From: Camelus dromedarius | Lineage: Eukaryota | Length of the DNA stretch: 64,000 nt | Assembly: GCF_036321535.1 (NCBI RefSeq) | Contig: NC_087436.1 | Coordinates: 91,080,001 to 91,144,000, forward strand | Reading direction: 5' to 3' | Part shown: positions 13,421 to 26,069 of the stretch, piece after piece | Layout of the letters: every line of letters begins with the position of its first letter | How positions within the stretch are numbered: the first letter of the stretch is position 1 | Made by a program: the position numbers and the translations under genes | Notes under the pieces: model-generated | Told to the model about the DNA's origin: nothing | Databases searched by the model: none | Seen by the model: only the letters and a program-made list of their open reading frames with translations

Positions 13421-15155
13421 CAATGAAATGGGACCAGGGTTTTATTTCTGTCTCATGTATAATTAATTCTACCACCTCTCCAGACCTTGGCTCTCCTGGA
13501 TTTAAATTTGAGGAGAGGGAATTGAACTTGACTCTCGTGAAAATCTTTTCTGCACGTAAGATGATATAATTCCATCTTCTCCGAAATGACATTTTTAGCA
13601 GTATTTTATTAGCTGTTTTGGCCTGAGATGAATGAAACATCTAGCAGATGTCCAGATAATTCAAGTCCCCAACCACTAATAACTTCTGTTCCAATTTTGC
13701 TCTCTATATGAGGCAAGTAACCAACATACCCTGTCTGACTGACTAGACACTCCTGCATGTGTTACCGTCAGAATATCACGTCTCTTTCATGCTCATCCAC
13801 CTGTTCTCAATCTCCCTTCACCTTCAGCCTTGTGAATTTTTATGCCAATATCTCCTTGGCACATAGCTCTATGTCCCACCCTGCTTATTTTAAATACGCA
13901 TGCCTTTCCACTTCCCTGGCAGTCGTATGTCCCACCCTGCAGGGATTGGTGACATTTGTGGGACTACAGCTACTTGTTTTTATTAGTATTCATTAGAAAC
14001 AAAGACATCTGAGTCTCTGATTTTTCGCTTTTTTGTATCCTTTTGAGGATTTTTGGTTATTGCCACTATTGTTCTTATTTTTCCCTATAATCACATCGAC
14101 TTTTCATTACAAAAGTTTTTCATTTTATTTGGAAGTTTATTTGGACCTTTTCCTCCCTTTTCTCTGTTTGTTTGGAATTCACTGGACCAAATTATGATGC
14201 CTGAAATGAAAATGTTATAATCAATCTTCATTATATCATTATTGACCGAATTTTCTTGTATCAGTCAAGATAAAAAAAAAAATACTGTCATTTGACAAGT
14301 TGTTCTTCATTTTCTGTTCATGCCTCCCGCCAAATTCTCTTCCAGACTTACAATATTCAATTGAGAAGAGAAAAAACTTCCACGTTATTCTGCTTCCTGT
14401 GAAGGCTTCAGTATCAATAGGGATGTAGTTCATGTTTATTTTGTCTGAATTACCTAAGTGTTGAGTGTGGGTAGTCTTTCCATATATCTCTGGTTACACT
14501 TAGAAGGCAGTATCTTTTGTTGGCTTGCCTGCCTCTTAGCATCCCATGTCTTCCTCTCAGGACTATTAAGAAGCTTCATTATAGGTGATTGTGTATATGG
14601 GTCTTCTTTATTGTATAAGACATGGGATCAGAAGGACTGGATTCCTACTGTCTGGGAAGAGGTCAGACCTTCTATTTAGTGAAAATGGTCCTGAATGTAT
14701 TTTCTTCTTTTCCTCTTTTTATCACATTGTTCTACTTTCAACCTCTCGACTCCAGCTTTAATTCCTGTTCACCACCTTAAATTTCTTTGACTTTCTGGCT
14801 TCCTTCCCAGATCTTTTTTTCTGTGGAGAATCTTTGCTATTCTTTCTAGAAAGGCAGAGCCTATGCAAGAATTCTCCCATCATTTACGTTCTCTGTAATA
14901 CAGACGTCAACTTGCATCAGTAACAAACATAGCTAGTGACTTCTTTAAGCAAGAAGTCAAACATGTTACTCTCAGAAAGGCCATACGTGAGCCTCTGGAG
15001 TCTTAGTTTGAATTATAGTTACTCACTTTCCCATGAAATCTCACTGCATCTGTCACACATTTTGCTTCTGGGGTTCTTGGGTAAACCTCACCTGGCGGTC
15101 TTCCTGGTCACTCAGCACAACCGCTCTATAACCCACATTGTTACTCTCTTATATC

Positions 15156-15318
15156 TGTGGTTCTCAAACTTGATGGTCCATTGGAATCACTTGGAGGGCT
15201 TGTTGTGATCGACTTTCTAAATCAGTAGGTGTGGGTGGGGCCTGAGAATTTACATTTCTAACAAGCTCCCAGGTGATACTATGTTATTGGTCAAAGACCT
15301 CACTTTGAGAGTCGCTGG
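15156..15318. mobile_element. MER5A
   Basis: gtggttctcaaactt...gaatcacttggagggcttgtt...tttctaacaagctcccaggtgat...cactttgaga. Confidence 0.8.
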
Positions 15319-15345
15319 ATTGTGGAATCTCAAACTCATTAGCAC

Positions 15346-15559
15346 ACCGGGCAATCAATGATGCTGACTGTATTACGGAGTGCAGGAAGGTCAGCAGAAC
15401 TTTTTAATGAATTTTACTGAATATCAGTGGGTATTTTGCTGCCCCAGAAGCCTGTTTTCCAGATTTCTTTGAGCGTTGGAGGTAGTTCCTATAACTACAT
15501 CCTTAATGTTCCTTTAATCTAATAATTTCAGTAGGTCAATTAAAAATTTTCTTCCTTAG
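15346..15559 (+). repeat. Copy 1 of an old local direct duplication
   Basis: Aligns with 16629-16850; best block is 27/29 identical (15449-15477 vs 16731-16759). Confidence 0.8.
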
Positions 15560-16254
15560 CTCACTGATTCTTCAAGGAGTACAGAGGAGGCAGGTACAGC
15601 CCACTGAGGGACACTCTCAGTCCTTTCCAGCAACTCTGTATTTATTGGAACCACCCCCAACCTTAGTTAATTTTGTTTGCAGCTAGGAGTCCACCTTGTT
15701 CCCTCCAGCAAACTAAATAGCACACCCACAAACTGACCTCTTAGATTCATTTCATTCCAAAATACCCTACTCACTTTTTCTCCAGACTCCTGTATTAGCT
15801 ACTGACAGTTTGAGGCATGTGTATGTGTTGGCGACTTCTGGGATGTATTAATGCTGGCAAACTCAAGCAGTTTGTGTATAATTTGCATTTTAGAAAACTG
15901 CACAGAGAATTCCATTATGGGCCTGACTTAACTGATAAATCCCCAGGATGATAAGTCTAACCGTCCACCTGAGAGCTCCCTCTAGAAACCAGCATCCAGC
16001 ACACAGAGGAATATTCTATTGAGAGAACAAGATGCACTTTAAAAACTTGAAACACAATTTGCAAGTTTTTGAAACAGCAGCATCAACTTACATAGTGAGA
16101 ATAGTAAATCCATATTTCATAATTGTGTTTACTTTTACTTTGAATAAACTGAAAGCAGTTTAAAAAATTAATGAGTCATCCATAATTAGTAAGAGGACTA
16201 CGGTCATCTATTTTTCTCTATTTTGCTTTTACTACCGTTTTCCGTTAGAGTGAT

Positions 16255-16492
16255 AATGAAGGTTGCTAACAATCCTTGAGCATTTATTATTAGCAACGAT
16301 TTTTGCTAAATAATTTGTGTATTTTATTAGATAACCCTTACAAAAATCCTATGAGCTAGATCCTATCTATATTTTGCAAGTGAGAAATTTGAGACTTAAG
16401 TGACTTGTCCAAGGTCTCAAGCTATTAAACAGCAACAAAATAAGGATTTACACTGGGCTGAACTCCCAGCTCCAACCTTTAAGCCTCTTGCT
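16255..16492 (-). mobile_element. MIR SINE
   Basis: aatcctatgagctag...attttgcaagtgagaaatttgagacttaagtgacttgtccaaggtc. Confidence 0.7.
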
Positions 16493-16628
16493 GCGAACAT
16501 CACAGCATGTCCTGACCACTCTATCAGTTTTCTGGCTCTACTTCTAGGCTTTCCTACGGTTCTCACATGGCAAACACCAAAACATGTGGAGCAGAGTTTT
16601 ACCCCCTGTAGTAAAAGCCATGGAAGGA

Positions 16629-16850
16629 ACTGGGCAGTCAGTGGTGCTGTCTAAATTATGGAGTGCAGGAGAATCAGCAGCAGCTCCAAAGAAGAAAATC
16701 CCAATTTCCTGGGTGTTTTGTGGCCACGGGAGCCTGTTTTCCAGGTTTCTTTGAGCATTTTGAGGTAAGTCCTATATTTATGTTTTTAATCTTCCCGTAA
16801 TCTGACAACTTAAGTTTAAGTGGGTCAACTTAAATTTTATTCTTTCCCAG
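16629..16850 (+). repeat. Copy 2 of the old local direct duplication
   Basis: See copy 1; offset ~1283 bp. Confidence 0.8.
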
Positions 16851-18014
16851 TTATTCCTCCTTCCCTTTTTCTACAACTGAGAACAGAGTCAACTGAAATA
16901 GCTCAGAAGTTAGATGATTTTAATCCAAACATATTTTGTTTTCCCTACCTGAACTTTTATCATTTAACCTAGCTTTATTTTGCTTTCATGATTTTTCTAT
17001 CTGGTTGAGGCCAGAATTATGAGTTTATTTACATCTCTATAAATATTTATATGTGTTTTACAAAATCTTTATACGGATCAACCATTTCTAGTTTCCAACA
17101 ACAGGATTCAAAGTAGTCATGGTCCTTCCTCAGTTCTAGAAACATAAAGAGCTAATAAGGATGCAAAATTGAGTATTCACATCCATAGACAAAACTGGAA
17201 TGACACTTTTTTTTTGTCAGATTAAAAATGTCTTAAGGCCTGGTATCACTTTTGTATTTTATTTATAAATCTCAAAGGCAGAGAGACGTGTGGTATAGTA
17301 GAGCCACCACTGAGCATCACGAATGTTGATTTATCAATAAACTGCGAATATGATACAATAATAATGTTGAAAACTACACTGGCATCCCATTTTACAGAGT
17401 ACTGTCACATGTATTACCTGATTGGATCCTGATGTAAAATTTGAGAATAGAGCTATTTATAGAGAATCTGATGCTAAGAGAGGTCAAATAACATGCTTAA
17501 GATTATAGAGCTATACCTAAGCACACTGGTTGTCTTGATTCTTTCTGTATGTCATCCTGCCTCCCTGTCTTGTTTGCTGTTGAGAGCTCAAGTAAAGGAG
17601 AATGATGTTGGATAATGTAGCTTTATAAATTAAATATGATACACATTTTTGTAAATAAGTACATTCAATATGATATAAATTCAATGTGACATAGATTTTA
17701 AAACTTAAGACTGATTGCTTTGTATATGGTTTATAATCCTAATATTTGTGTACTCTTCTGCTCTCTGTTTAGCTGTAACTTCATGTTCATATTAACAAAT
17801 ATGTTAAATTAAATAATATTGATTTATTTCGAGTGATGAGCATTCAGAAACTCCCAGTGGGTCATTGTTGTGACCCCTTCTAAAGCCAGCTGATGTACAT
17901 TGGGATCTGAAAAGCCTTTAAACACTAGTCAGCACACATTGCTGTGGTGCTACTGAGTCAGATTCCAGGTGATAAATTAGTCTTGAACATTGATTCTTTC
18001 CTTTAAATTATATC

Positions 18015-20245
18015 TTTAAATAAAAGATATAATTCACATTAAATTCACCCCTTTAAAATGACAATTTAGTGGTTTTTAGTAGGGAGGCAGTACCGCTATC
18101 TAATTCCAGAACATGTTCATCATCCCAGTAAGAAACCCTGCACCTGTTAGCAGCCATCACATACCAAGGTTATCTAGGTTATGTGTCTTATGTTATTGTC
18201 TAGGACTTTTATAGTTTTACATTTTTACATTTAGGTCTGTGATCTAGTTTGAGTTAATTTTGGTGAATGATACGCTTTTTGCATCTAATTCCTTTCTTTG
18301 CGTGTGGATGTTCAGTTGTTCCAGAATTTGCTGAAAAGACTATCTTTGCTCCATTGTATTAACTTTGCTCTTTTGTCAAAGATCAGTTGACTATATGTGT
18401 GTCTATTTCTGGGCTCTCTATTCTGTTCTATTGATACTTGTCTATTCTTTTGTCAATACCATGCAGTCTTGATTACCGTAGCTTAATACTAAGTCTTGAA
18501 GTTGGGTAGCATCAGTCCCCCAACTTTGTTTTCTTTCAATAGATTAATTTTTAAACTTAGTTTGAGAAGGCTTTAGCCATTATTTCTTCAAATTTTTTCC
18601 TGATCCTTTCTCTCTCTCCACTCCTTCTGGAACTCCCATTATTTGTATGTTGGTACACTTGATAGTGCCCCACAGGTCTCTGAAGATCTATTCATTTTTC
18701 TTTTTCCACTGTTTCATCTTTCTGTTCCCAGATGAAATAATAGCAATTGATCATAAGTTTAAGTCTGCTGCTTCTTTTTTTATATAGTTGAATTTGCTGT
18801 TTATCCTCTGTAGTAAAATCTTCATTTGAGTTATTGTACTTTTCAACTTCCGAGTTTCTATTTGGTCTCTTCTTATAATTACTATCTCTTTACTTATATT
18901 CTATTATTAAGTCTTAGAATGAGATATAATTATAATAGTTCCCCTTAGTTATAATGGTTCCTTTTATTTTTTCCTCATTTTTCAGTTTTATTAGGTAGAG
19001 TTGTTACAGCTCAACTGCACATACACATTATATTGCATGTAAATACATATATACAGTATACTATAATGGTTCTTTTTAGCTACAGCTTCCTTTAGGTCTT
19101 TGAATATATTTGAAATAGCTGATTGAAAGCTTTTTTACTACTAACTTCAAGTCCTGAACTGTCCTATGGAGGTTTTCTTTTTTTTTTTTCTTCACCCCTG
19201 TGTATGAGCCATGCTTTCTTATTTCTTCACATGTTTTCTGATTTTATGTTGACAACTGAGCATTTAAAATAATGTAATTTGGAAGCTCTGAAATGAGACT
19301 CTCCCCTTCCCCAGGATTTGTTGTTGCTACTTTCTTTGTTGGTTGTTGTTTGTTTATTGACTTTTCTGAACTAATTCTGTAAGTTCTATATCTTTGTTGT
19401 ATGTTGTCACTGAAGTCTCTAATTAGTTTGGGTCAGCTGATGATGGGACAGGGATTTCTTTAAGTGTCCGGAACCAATAAATCTCCCATTTTTCTTCTGA
19501 TGGTTCTGTGTGTGCATTGGGACCCGCCTTCTACACTCAAGTCAATTAGTTTACAACTCTGCCTTAGCCCTCATTTCTTGCTTGCAGAGCCAAGATCAGA
19601 GGTGAGAGCTTAAGGACTTATCAGGTCTTTCCTACGCATGCACGTAGCTCTACACTTGAATGTGGCGTTCTAAATTCCCAGGAATATGTTGGAGCTTTTT
19701 AAAGGCCCTGTGGGTATCTCATTTCTCAACTTTTCCTTGTAAACTTTTTGGTAAGTATATCATTTGCTCCAATTGTCATCTGTTGCTTCAGACAGTAGTT
19801 AAAATATTCAACACATGGTCTCTGGGAAGAAGCTTTTAGCACAGGGCAAGTTCAACTGAGGTCATTAAAGGCAAGTCTTTTTCAAGTGGGTCTTCTAGGG
19901 AACCACTAATTGGGGCAAATAATGAATCCTCTAGGAATAAGGCCTTGAAAAATTCCAAAACTGTTTTGCTCAATTTGGTACTGGGAATGCTGGATGTTAT
20001 TTTTAAGGCTGCTGCAAAGCTAGGGAGTGATGGGAAGGAATGGGGCTAAAGTAGGTGAAAATACTCAAATCTCATTGTTCTTATTGATATTCAGCTGTTT
20101 TCCCCCACTAAATTCTCTCAATTCTCTGGGCTTTTGCAAATATTTAGTTAACGTCCATGAATTTATTCTGATAACTTTTTCCAGAACTTTTGGAAGGGGA
20201 AGGTTTCAGACATCTTCACTCCACCATTTTCATTGATGTCACTCC
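18015..20245 (-). mobile_element. Composite of old L1 (L1M) fragments: 3' end, ORF2 piece, ORF1/5' region
   Basis: gatctagtttgagttaattttggtg...ttgctgaaaagactatcttt...gtgtctatttctgggctctctattctgttc; tttagccattatttcttcaaat. Confidence 0.75.
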
Positions 20246-20297
20246 TTAGAACATTGGTTCTTAAACGTTTGGTTTTTGTTAATGGTGTTATTCTGGG

Positions 20298-20298
<1 letters not shown>

Positions 20299-20338
<40 letters not shown>
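20299..20338. repeat. (TG)20 microsatellite
   Basis: Read directly from sequence. Confidence 0.95.
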
Positions 20339-20341
<3 letters not shown>

Positions 20342-20599
20342 CTTGTAAAAGCTATGGATACAACTGTGAGAAAATTCCATATGTGTGTTCACTCTACTTA
20401 GAACAGCATACTGCTGGGTTCATTAATGCACTGAGCCCAAACATGAATCCATCAGAAAATTCTGAGGTTAGCCACTCCTGTTTTAGAGTCTCTTCTTCCT
20501 GAGCTGACATCAAACCCTATTACAAAAAACCCCAGGACAAATAATGTGAGAAACATAGCCTAAATAGCAACTTTAGTTGGTAAATTGAATAGGTACATT

Positions 20600-20750
20600 C
20601 AATTTTCGTGCCTGCCAATTTCCTTATCTGGAAAATCATATTTCATAAAATTGTTATAATGATTGCATGAGAAAATGAATATACTACTGCTTAGAATAGT
20701 GCCAGACACTTAATAAGTACTTCATAAGATCTAACCATTACTAACATTAT
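20600..20750 (+). mobile_element. MIR fragment
   Basis: tttccttatctggaaaat...gcttagaatagtgccagacacttaataagtac. Confidence 0.55.
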
Positions 20751-22387
20751 CACCTTCTCCCCATTTTCCTTCTCTTACTCCTTCATTACTTCCTTGAAGA
20801 AGTTCCTTTGAAGAACACCACACTTGTGCTCAAACTTTTAGAATCTTTTGGAAATACATGTTCTACTAACGTATTAACATTACTTTGTTGGAGGAGGTAT
20901 TTAAACATTAATCACCACTATAAAGCAGAAAGGGTTATTTAATCACAGGATATGGCCTTTGGAAAGGTGCCAAGTCTAGATATAAATACTGAAATGTAAA
21001 AAAGTAAAGAATTAAGGATGACATGACAAAATGCTGTAAAACTGCAGGAAAGGTTGTACAAGTTTGATTTCTCTAATTTTTTATTTGCCTGATTTTCTCA
21101 GATATTTGTTAGATAAAATTCAGACCCAATATTACATAAAGCACATTTCCATTAAAAACATCTTACAGATTTTAGTGATAGTATGAAATCTTTTTTCCAT
21201 GCAAAAAGGCATAGTGTTAGACAAGCAAAAAAGTAAAATAAATTAAAACTTCAGATTCAATTTATGCTGTAAAAACTATGACTTCTCAACTTCAGTCATC
21301 ATAATTGCTTCCAGGGTTTAGTTATGGGATAGATGAATCTTTATGGATGACCTAGGATGGGATAAATCATCAGTGAAATGAATCCAAAGTTAAATCTCAG
21401 CAGTCTATGAAACATCTACTTGTTTACTGTGATGTACTGACACTACACACAGAGAGCAAGGTGTGGAACCCTTTAGAATTTTATCATCTATTAAATAGTA
21501 ACTACTGGATAGATACTTAACTTGTATTATACATCCATCTCAGGAATACTGGGTGTGTTTCAGAAAATTAATAAGCAAAAGGAGATAATGGCTGGAGGGA
21601 ATAACAATTCTATGCAGTTCTTCCTCCCTTAGGACCTCTATGCAGTCTTTGGGGTCCCAGATTGTTGTATTGGGAGGTCTCTGATGTACAATGAATAGGT
21701 ACTGAGCAGCTAAGATGTTGGCTCAAATCATGTAAAAAAATCACTTTATTTTCCAAGGTCAATTTAAAAAGAGGACAACCATCAACAACACACCACAGTG
21801 ACAATGAAATTTTATGTCATAACTTGCTAAAATGTTAGGGAATGCCACAGACACTTTATATGTAAATACATTTATCTCCCTTGACTATTGAGTACCTTAG
21901 GTGTTATATTCAAATTTCTACACTTTGTTTTCATACACTGTACTTGGTACTTACTTTCTGGTCTTTTCTTGTTTCTTTAGTGAAGGACACTGAGGGGATA
22001 GATGTACAAAAATGCTATAATTCACATTTCTTTTTGTCTGGATTATTCCAAACTTTAGATTTTAAGCCTGAATATAAAGAAGCCAGGAAACAATGTGAAG
22101 AATCAAAGGCAGAGTCAATTTAGACATACATAGATTTTAGGATTTTTATAAAATACTTCTGATTACTTCTGCAATATGCGATTCGATAATTTCACTTTTT
22201 TTTCTCTTTTTAAGTTAAACATATACTGAGGGTGGGCCAGTTCATTTATGGCTTTTGAAAGCTTGTCGAGGTGGTTTTATAATTAAACCCTTCCAGGTAG
22301 CAGGAAATTTTGCTTGCCTGCCCATTTAACAGCTGTGTTCCCAGCTGGATCTGTTTGTTATAAATGAAAATGGCTCTTTAAATTTAC

Positions 22388-22951
22388 ATTCTTTGCATGA
22401 CCAGGCTTGGCATCGGATGCAGCTTCTGGACGATGCCAGAGATAGGCACCAAAGGGTGTCGGATTGAAACACTGGATCATAGTGTGTTAGATAGCATTAT
22501 CAGCCACAATTGTGTATTTCTATTAAAGTCAAGAGATGTGACCAATGGATCTTTGAAAAATGAATTGCTTCCAGTCTTTGAATATTTCTGTAATGTGACT
22601 GAGATGAATTCTCATGATATGTCTATGGCACATAATGAAATGTGAAATATGCAAGAATAGAGATTATGGCAATATAGGACACTTGTTGATCCGAAGGATG
22701 ACACTACTTTGCTTCAGGCCATGGGCTCATGGGAGAAGTGAATCATTTCTTCAGATAGTACCCATCAGACATCACAGAATGGAACGATGCATTCCTAGTT
22801 CTTGCTTTTAGAGTTGTTTTGCTTCACCGTTCACCATCTTTGCCTTCTTTATTGAAGTCAATGGGCTGCACAGACTTTCCACTGGACAAGTCCCTGAAGG
22901 GTTTATACAGATTTAATAAAAATCCTAAAGATTCTATCAGTACAAAAAAGG
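22388..22951 (-). pseudogene. Relic exon (3' boundary uncertain)
   Basis: Acceptor ctttacctcttttcag; phase-1 frame open for 41 codons: FFVLIESLGFLLNLYKPFRDLSSGK...ER*SKTTLKARTRNASFHSVMSDGYYLKK; frameshifted afterwards. Confidence 0.55.
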
Positions 22952-23342
22952 CTGAAAAGAGGTAAAGTTGCTTTGTTTTTCTAAACAGCATTTTCAGTTA
23001 ATATTTATGGGAGAGTGTTGGGGGAATGAAGCTACAAAAATCTACCAAAATAGAAACATGCATTTTTACTTCCATAAAAATTGTTTAAGTTATCATTTAA
23101 AAAATATATGTATTTAACTATATACAAATATTTTCAAAAGCCTCATCTGTGAAAATCAGTTGTATACAATTAAAATTGACTTTCCTCTAGTTTTTTGGAG
23201 AAGATTGTTAACTTGGGATACTTGAACCTCTTGTGAGTACATCCTTAAACAAACTAACTGTAAAGAAAATGCATGTGTATATTTAAAAAATGTGTATACA
23301 TATCGTGAACTTCTCTGGGGAGAAAGTTCTTTACTTTAGCTT

Positions 23343-23344
<2 letters not shown>

Positions 23345-23379
<35 letters not shown>
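23345..23379. repeat. Poly(T) tract
   Basis: About 35 T. Confidence 0.95.
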
Positions 23380-23381
<2 letters not shown>

Positions 23382-24329
23382 AGATTTTGGAAGCAATCCA
23401 AAAATGGTTAAGAACCACACCTATGTAGTACATTTTTTTTCTGACTCATTTTGTTAACATTTTTAATTGAATGAGTTATTTTAATCTGAAATGTTTGTCC
23501 CTTCACTTCTACCCAGCAGTCTACAATCCCAAAATACCACATGAAAAAACAAAACAAACGTCTTTCATTCATTTGCATTCTTTCTGATTTCATAAATTTT
23601 CATCATTCATTATTCTGTTTTGCACTATCTGGTGAAATTTTTAGTATTGAATATACATAATTGAAATACAGAGAGACGTAATTCAGGTATCTTTTCAGTA
23701 AGTTAAGTGGACACTGTTTTTGAGCAGGAGTTCTTGGGTTAATAGCTAACAAAGTAGTTTTTCACTTTTTTATTTTTGTTATCACAAACATTGCACTGAT
23801 GGATGGTAAAGTGTGGAAATACCTCATTAAGATTTCCAGCAAAAGCTAGTGTTTATTTATAATAGAAACTATTTACAACATATCAAAAGAGATGAAATCT
23901 TAGGTCATGTGACTATGTTTCTGTGCATTTATCTTTCAGCATTGAGATCAGATCCTTAGGGACATGAGCTCATCTTTCCGGGCAAATAAAATTAGTACCT
24001 ACGGTTCAACTTTCTTTCCATTTGCATTAATTGAAATTCTAGCACCAGGTCCCATTTAAAACTTAGCATCTGCATACTTTAGTTAAGATCCCTAAAATGA
24101 TGCTATTGATTTATACTACTTCACCAAAATGATTTTTGTATTAGCATATAACACCCTTTATATCTGTCACTAAAATTGGTTCTGCTTATACACCACAAAT
24201 TAAGAGGAAAAAGTACATTATTCAGTCAAATCTTTTTCCCCAGCATTTTGAGAAGTATTAGTAAGAAAATTCCATTTATATTAAAGTTAATTCTTATTAC
24301 CTTATGTAGTGTTCCCTGAATTAGTAATT

Positions 24330-24510
24330 TGTATTTTTGATCATTTTTCACGTGCCAAGTAAATACTTTACGTTCAGTTTCTCATTTAACTCTCCTCACG
24401 TATACAGGAGGTTGGAGCTGTTATTATTTTTATTTCACAGGTGAGGAAACTGAGACTTGCCCAAAACTACACAGGTGATAAGTAGTTAAGCCAGGCTGAT
24501 GACAGATGAC
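24330..24510 (-). mobile_element. MIR SINE
   Basis: atttcacaggtgaggaaactgagacttgcccaa. Confidence 0.65.
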
Positions 24511-24522
24511 TACAACATTATA

Positions 24523-25175
24523 CAGTTGATCTTCAATATTCCTGGATTCTGTATTCCGAATTCACCTACTTGCTAAAATTTATTTCTAACTCCCAAATCA
24601 ATACTTACTGTACCGATGTGGTGATTCACAGACATATGCAGAGCAGCAAAAAATTGGAGTCTCTAGACACGCCCCTTCCCAGCTGAGGTCCAACAAGGCT
24701 ACACCCTGTCATTTTGTTTGAGCTTTCCTATTGCAAGCAAGTATTCTTGTCGTGGTCTATTTAGTGCCATATTTTTTGCATTTTTGTAATTTTTGTTGGT
24801 GATTTCTCTGTTTAAAATGGCGCTCAAGCAGAAGTGCTGAAGTGCTGTCTAGTGTTCCAAAAGGCAAGAAGGCTGAAATAGCTTTATGGAGAAAATACGT
24901 GTGTTAGGTAAGGATCTTTCAGGCGTGAGTTATAGGGCTGTTGTCTGAGGGCTCAATGTTAATGAATGAACCATATATATGAAATAAAGTGTCCATAAAC
25001 AGAGCACACATAAAACACGATTACATACTGACCAGTTATAGGACAAAAATGTGACAAGAGGCTCCCAGGAACTTAACCCTGTGTTTCTTCCAGGAATAAT
25101 GGTTCAGTATTGGTTAATTCACTGTTCACAGCAACTGTATAGAACAAAACTGTCATGAATAATGAGAATCAACTG
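24523..25175. mobile_element. Complete TcMar-Tigger MITE (MER82-like)
   Basis: TIRs CAGTTGATCTTCAATATTC ... GAATAATGAGAATCAACTG with TA target duplications on both sides. Confidence 0.85.
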
Positions 25176-25892
25176 TACTGCCCTTCAAGAAGAATCACCT
25201 TTATTGAAGACTTAGTAGTTGACATCAGTCATCTAGTTTTATTTTTCCCCAGGTCAAGCTACACATGAGGCATTAAGGTACGATTGTCATCCTGCTACTG
25301 GGTAATTGTGTGATATCTGAATCAGGCTGTCTTCAGAGCTGACTCTCTTTACCATTGTGGAACAAAGGCTGGTCATTCATTAATACCCTTTGTTAAAACT
25401 TCCAAATAAGAGCACTGCTCTGTACATCTTGAATCATCATTTATGGAAGTTCTATGCAGCTCATAATTCTATGAAACAAACACCACCGGAACAAAACAAT
25501 GAGACTGTAAAATAACAGCTGTTCAGCAATGCTGGACTAGCCCTCTGTATCTTCAGAATATGTGGCTCTTTTTGTGCAATAATTTTGGAATGACTTAAAA
25601 GTTCCTGTGCCCTTCTGATTGCTTTCATTCCACAATCTTCTTTTTTTACTTCAAAATTCCATTAAGAGGCTTTATATTCAAAGTTTGTGTTACACAGGGG
25701 AGAAACATGGTACAGTGTGGAATATATGTAGAAGACTAGCCCTCTTCGCCCCCAAGTATTTTTCTCTGTTATCTGATCTAGACGCTAAAATCATATCATT
25801 ATAGAAAAATTTTGGTCTAACGTCCTTTAGAATGCAAATAAAACTTGGGAGGGGGAGTGCTTTGTATCTGAACTGTTAATAAGATTTTATAC

Positions 25893-25952
25893 CTGGAGAT
25901 GCTGGAGCCAAGAAGGGACACTTCAGCAGGTGAAAGGGGCCTTCAAGGTGAC
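25893..25952 (-). pseudogene. Relic exon
   Basis: Acceptor tctgtctttttgtag, donor CAG|GTATAA; 60 nt, open frame HLEGPFHLLKCPFLAPASP; phase 1 to 1. Confidence 0.62.
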
Positions 25953-26028
25953 CTACAAAAAGACAGATTTTCCTACTTCAAGCTTTGTTGCTTTGTTAAT
26001 TCCGTGATCAGAAAACAACCAACCAAGC

Positions 26029-26030
<2 letters not shown>

Positions 26031-26068
<38 letters not shown>
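26031..26068. repeat. (CA)19 microsatellite
   Basis: Read directly from sequence. Confidence 0.95.

Positions 26069-26069
<1 letters not shown>

Noticed and set aside
15346..16850. Minus-strand coding reading of the duplicated unit (NAQRNLENRL in both copies)
   Set aside because: Third-position bias holds in one block only, and minus-strand acceptors lack pyrimidine tracts; the splice signals favour the plus strand.
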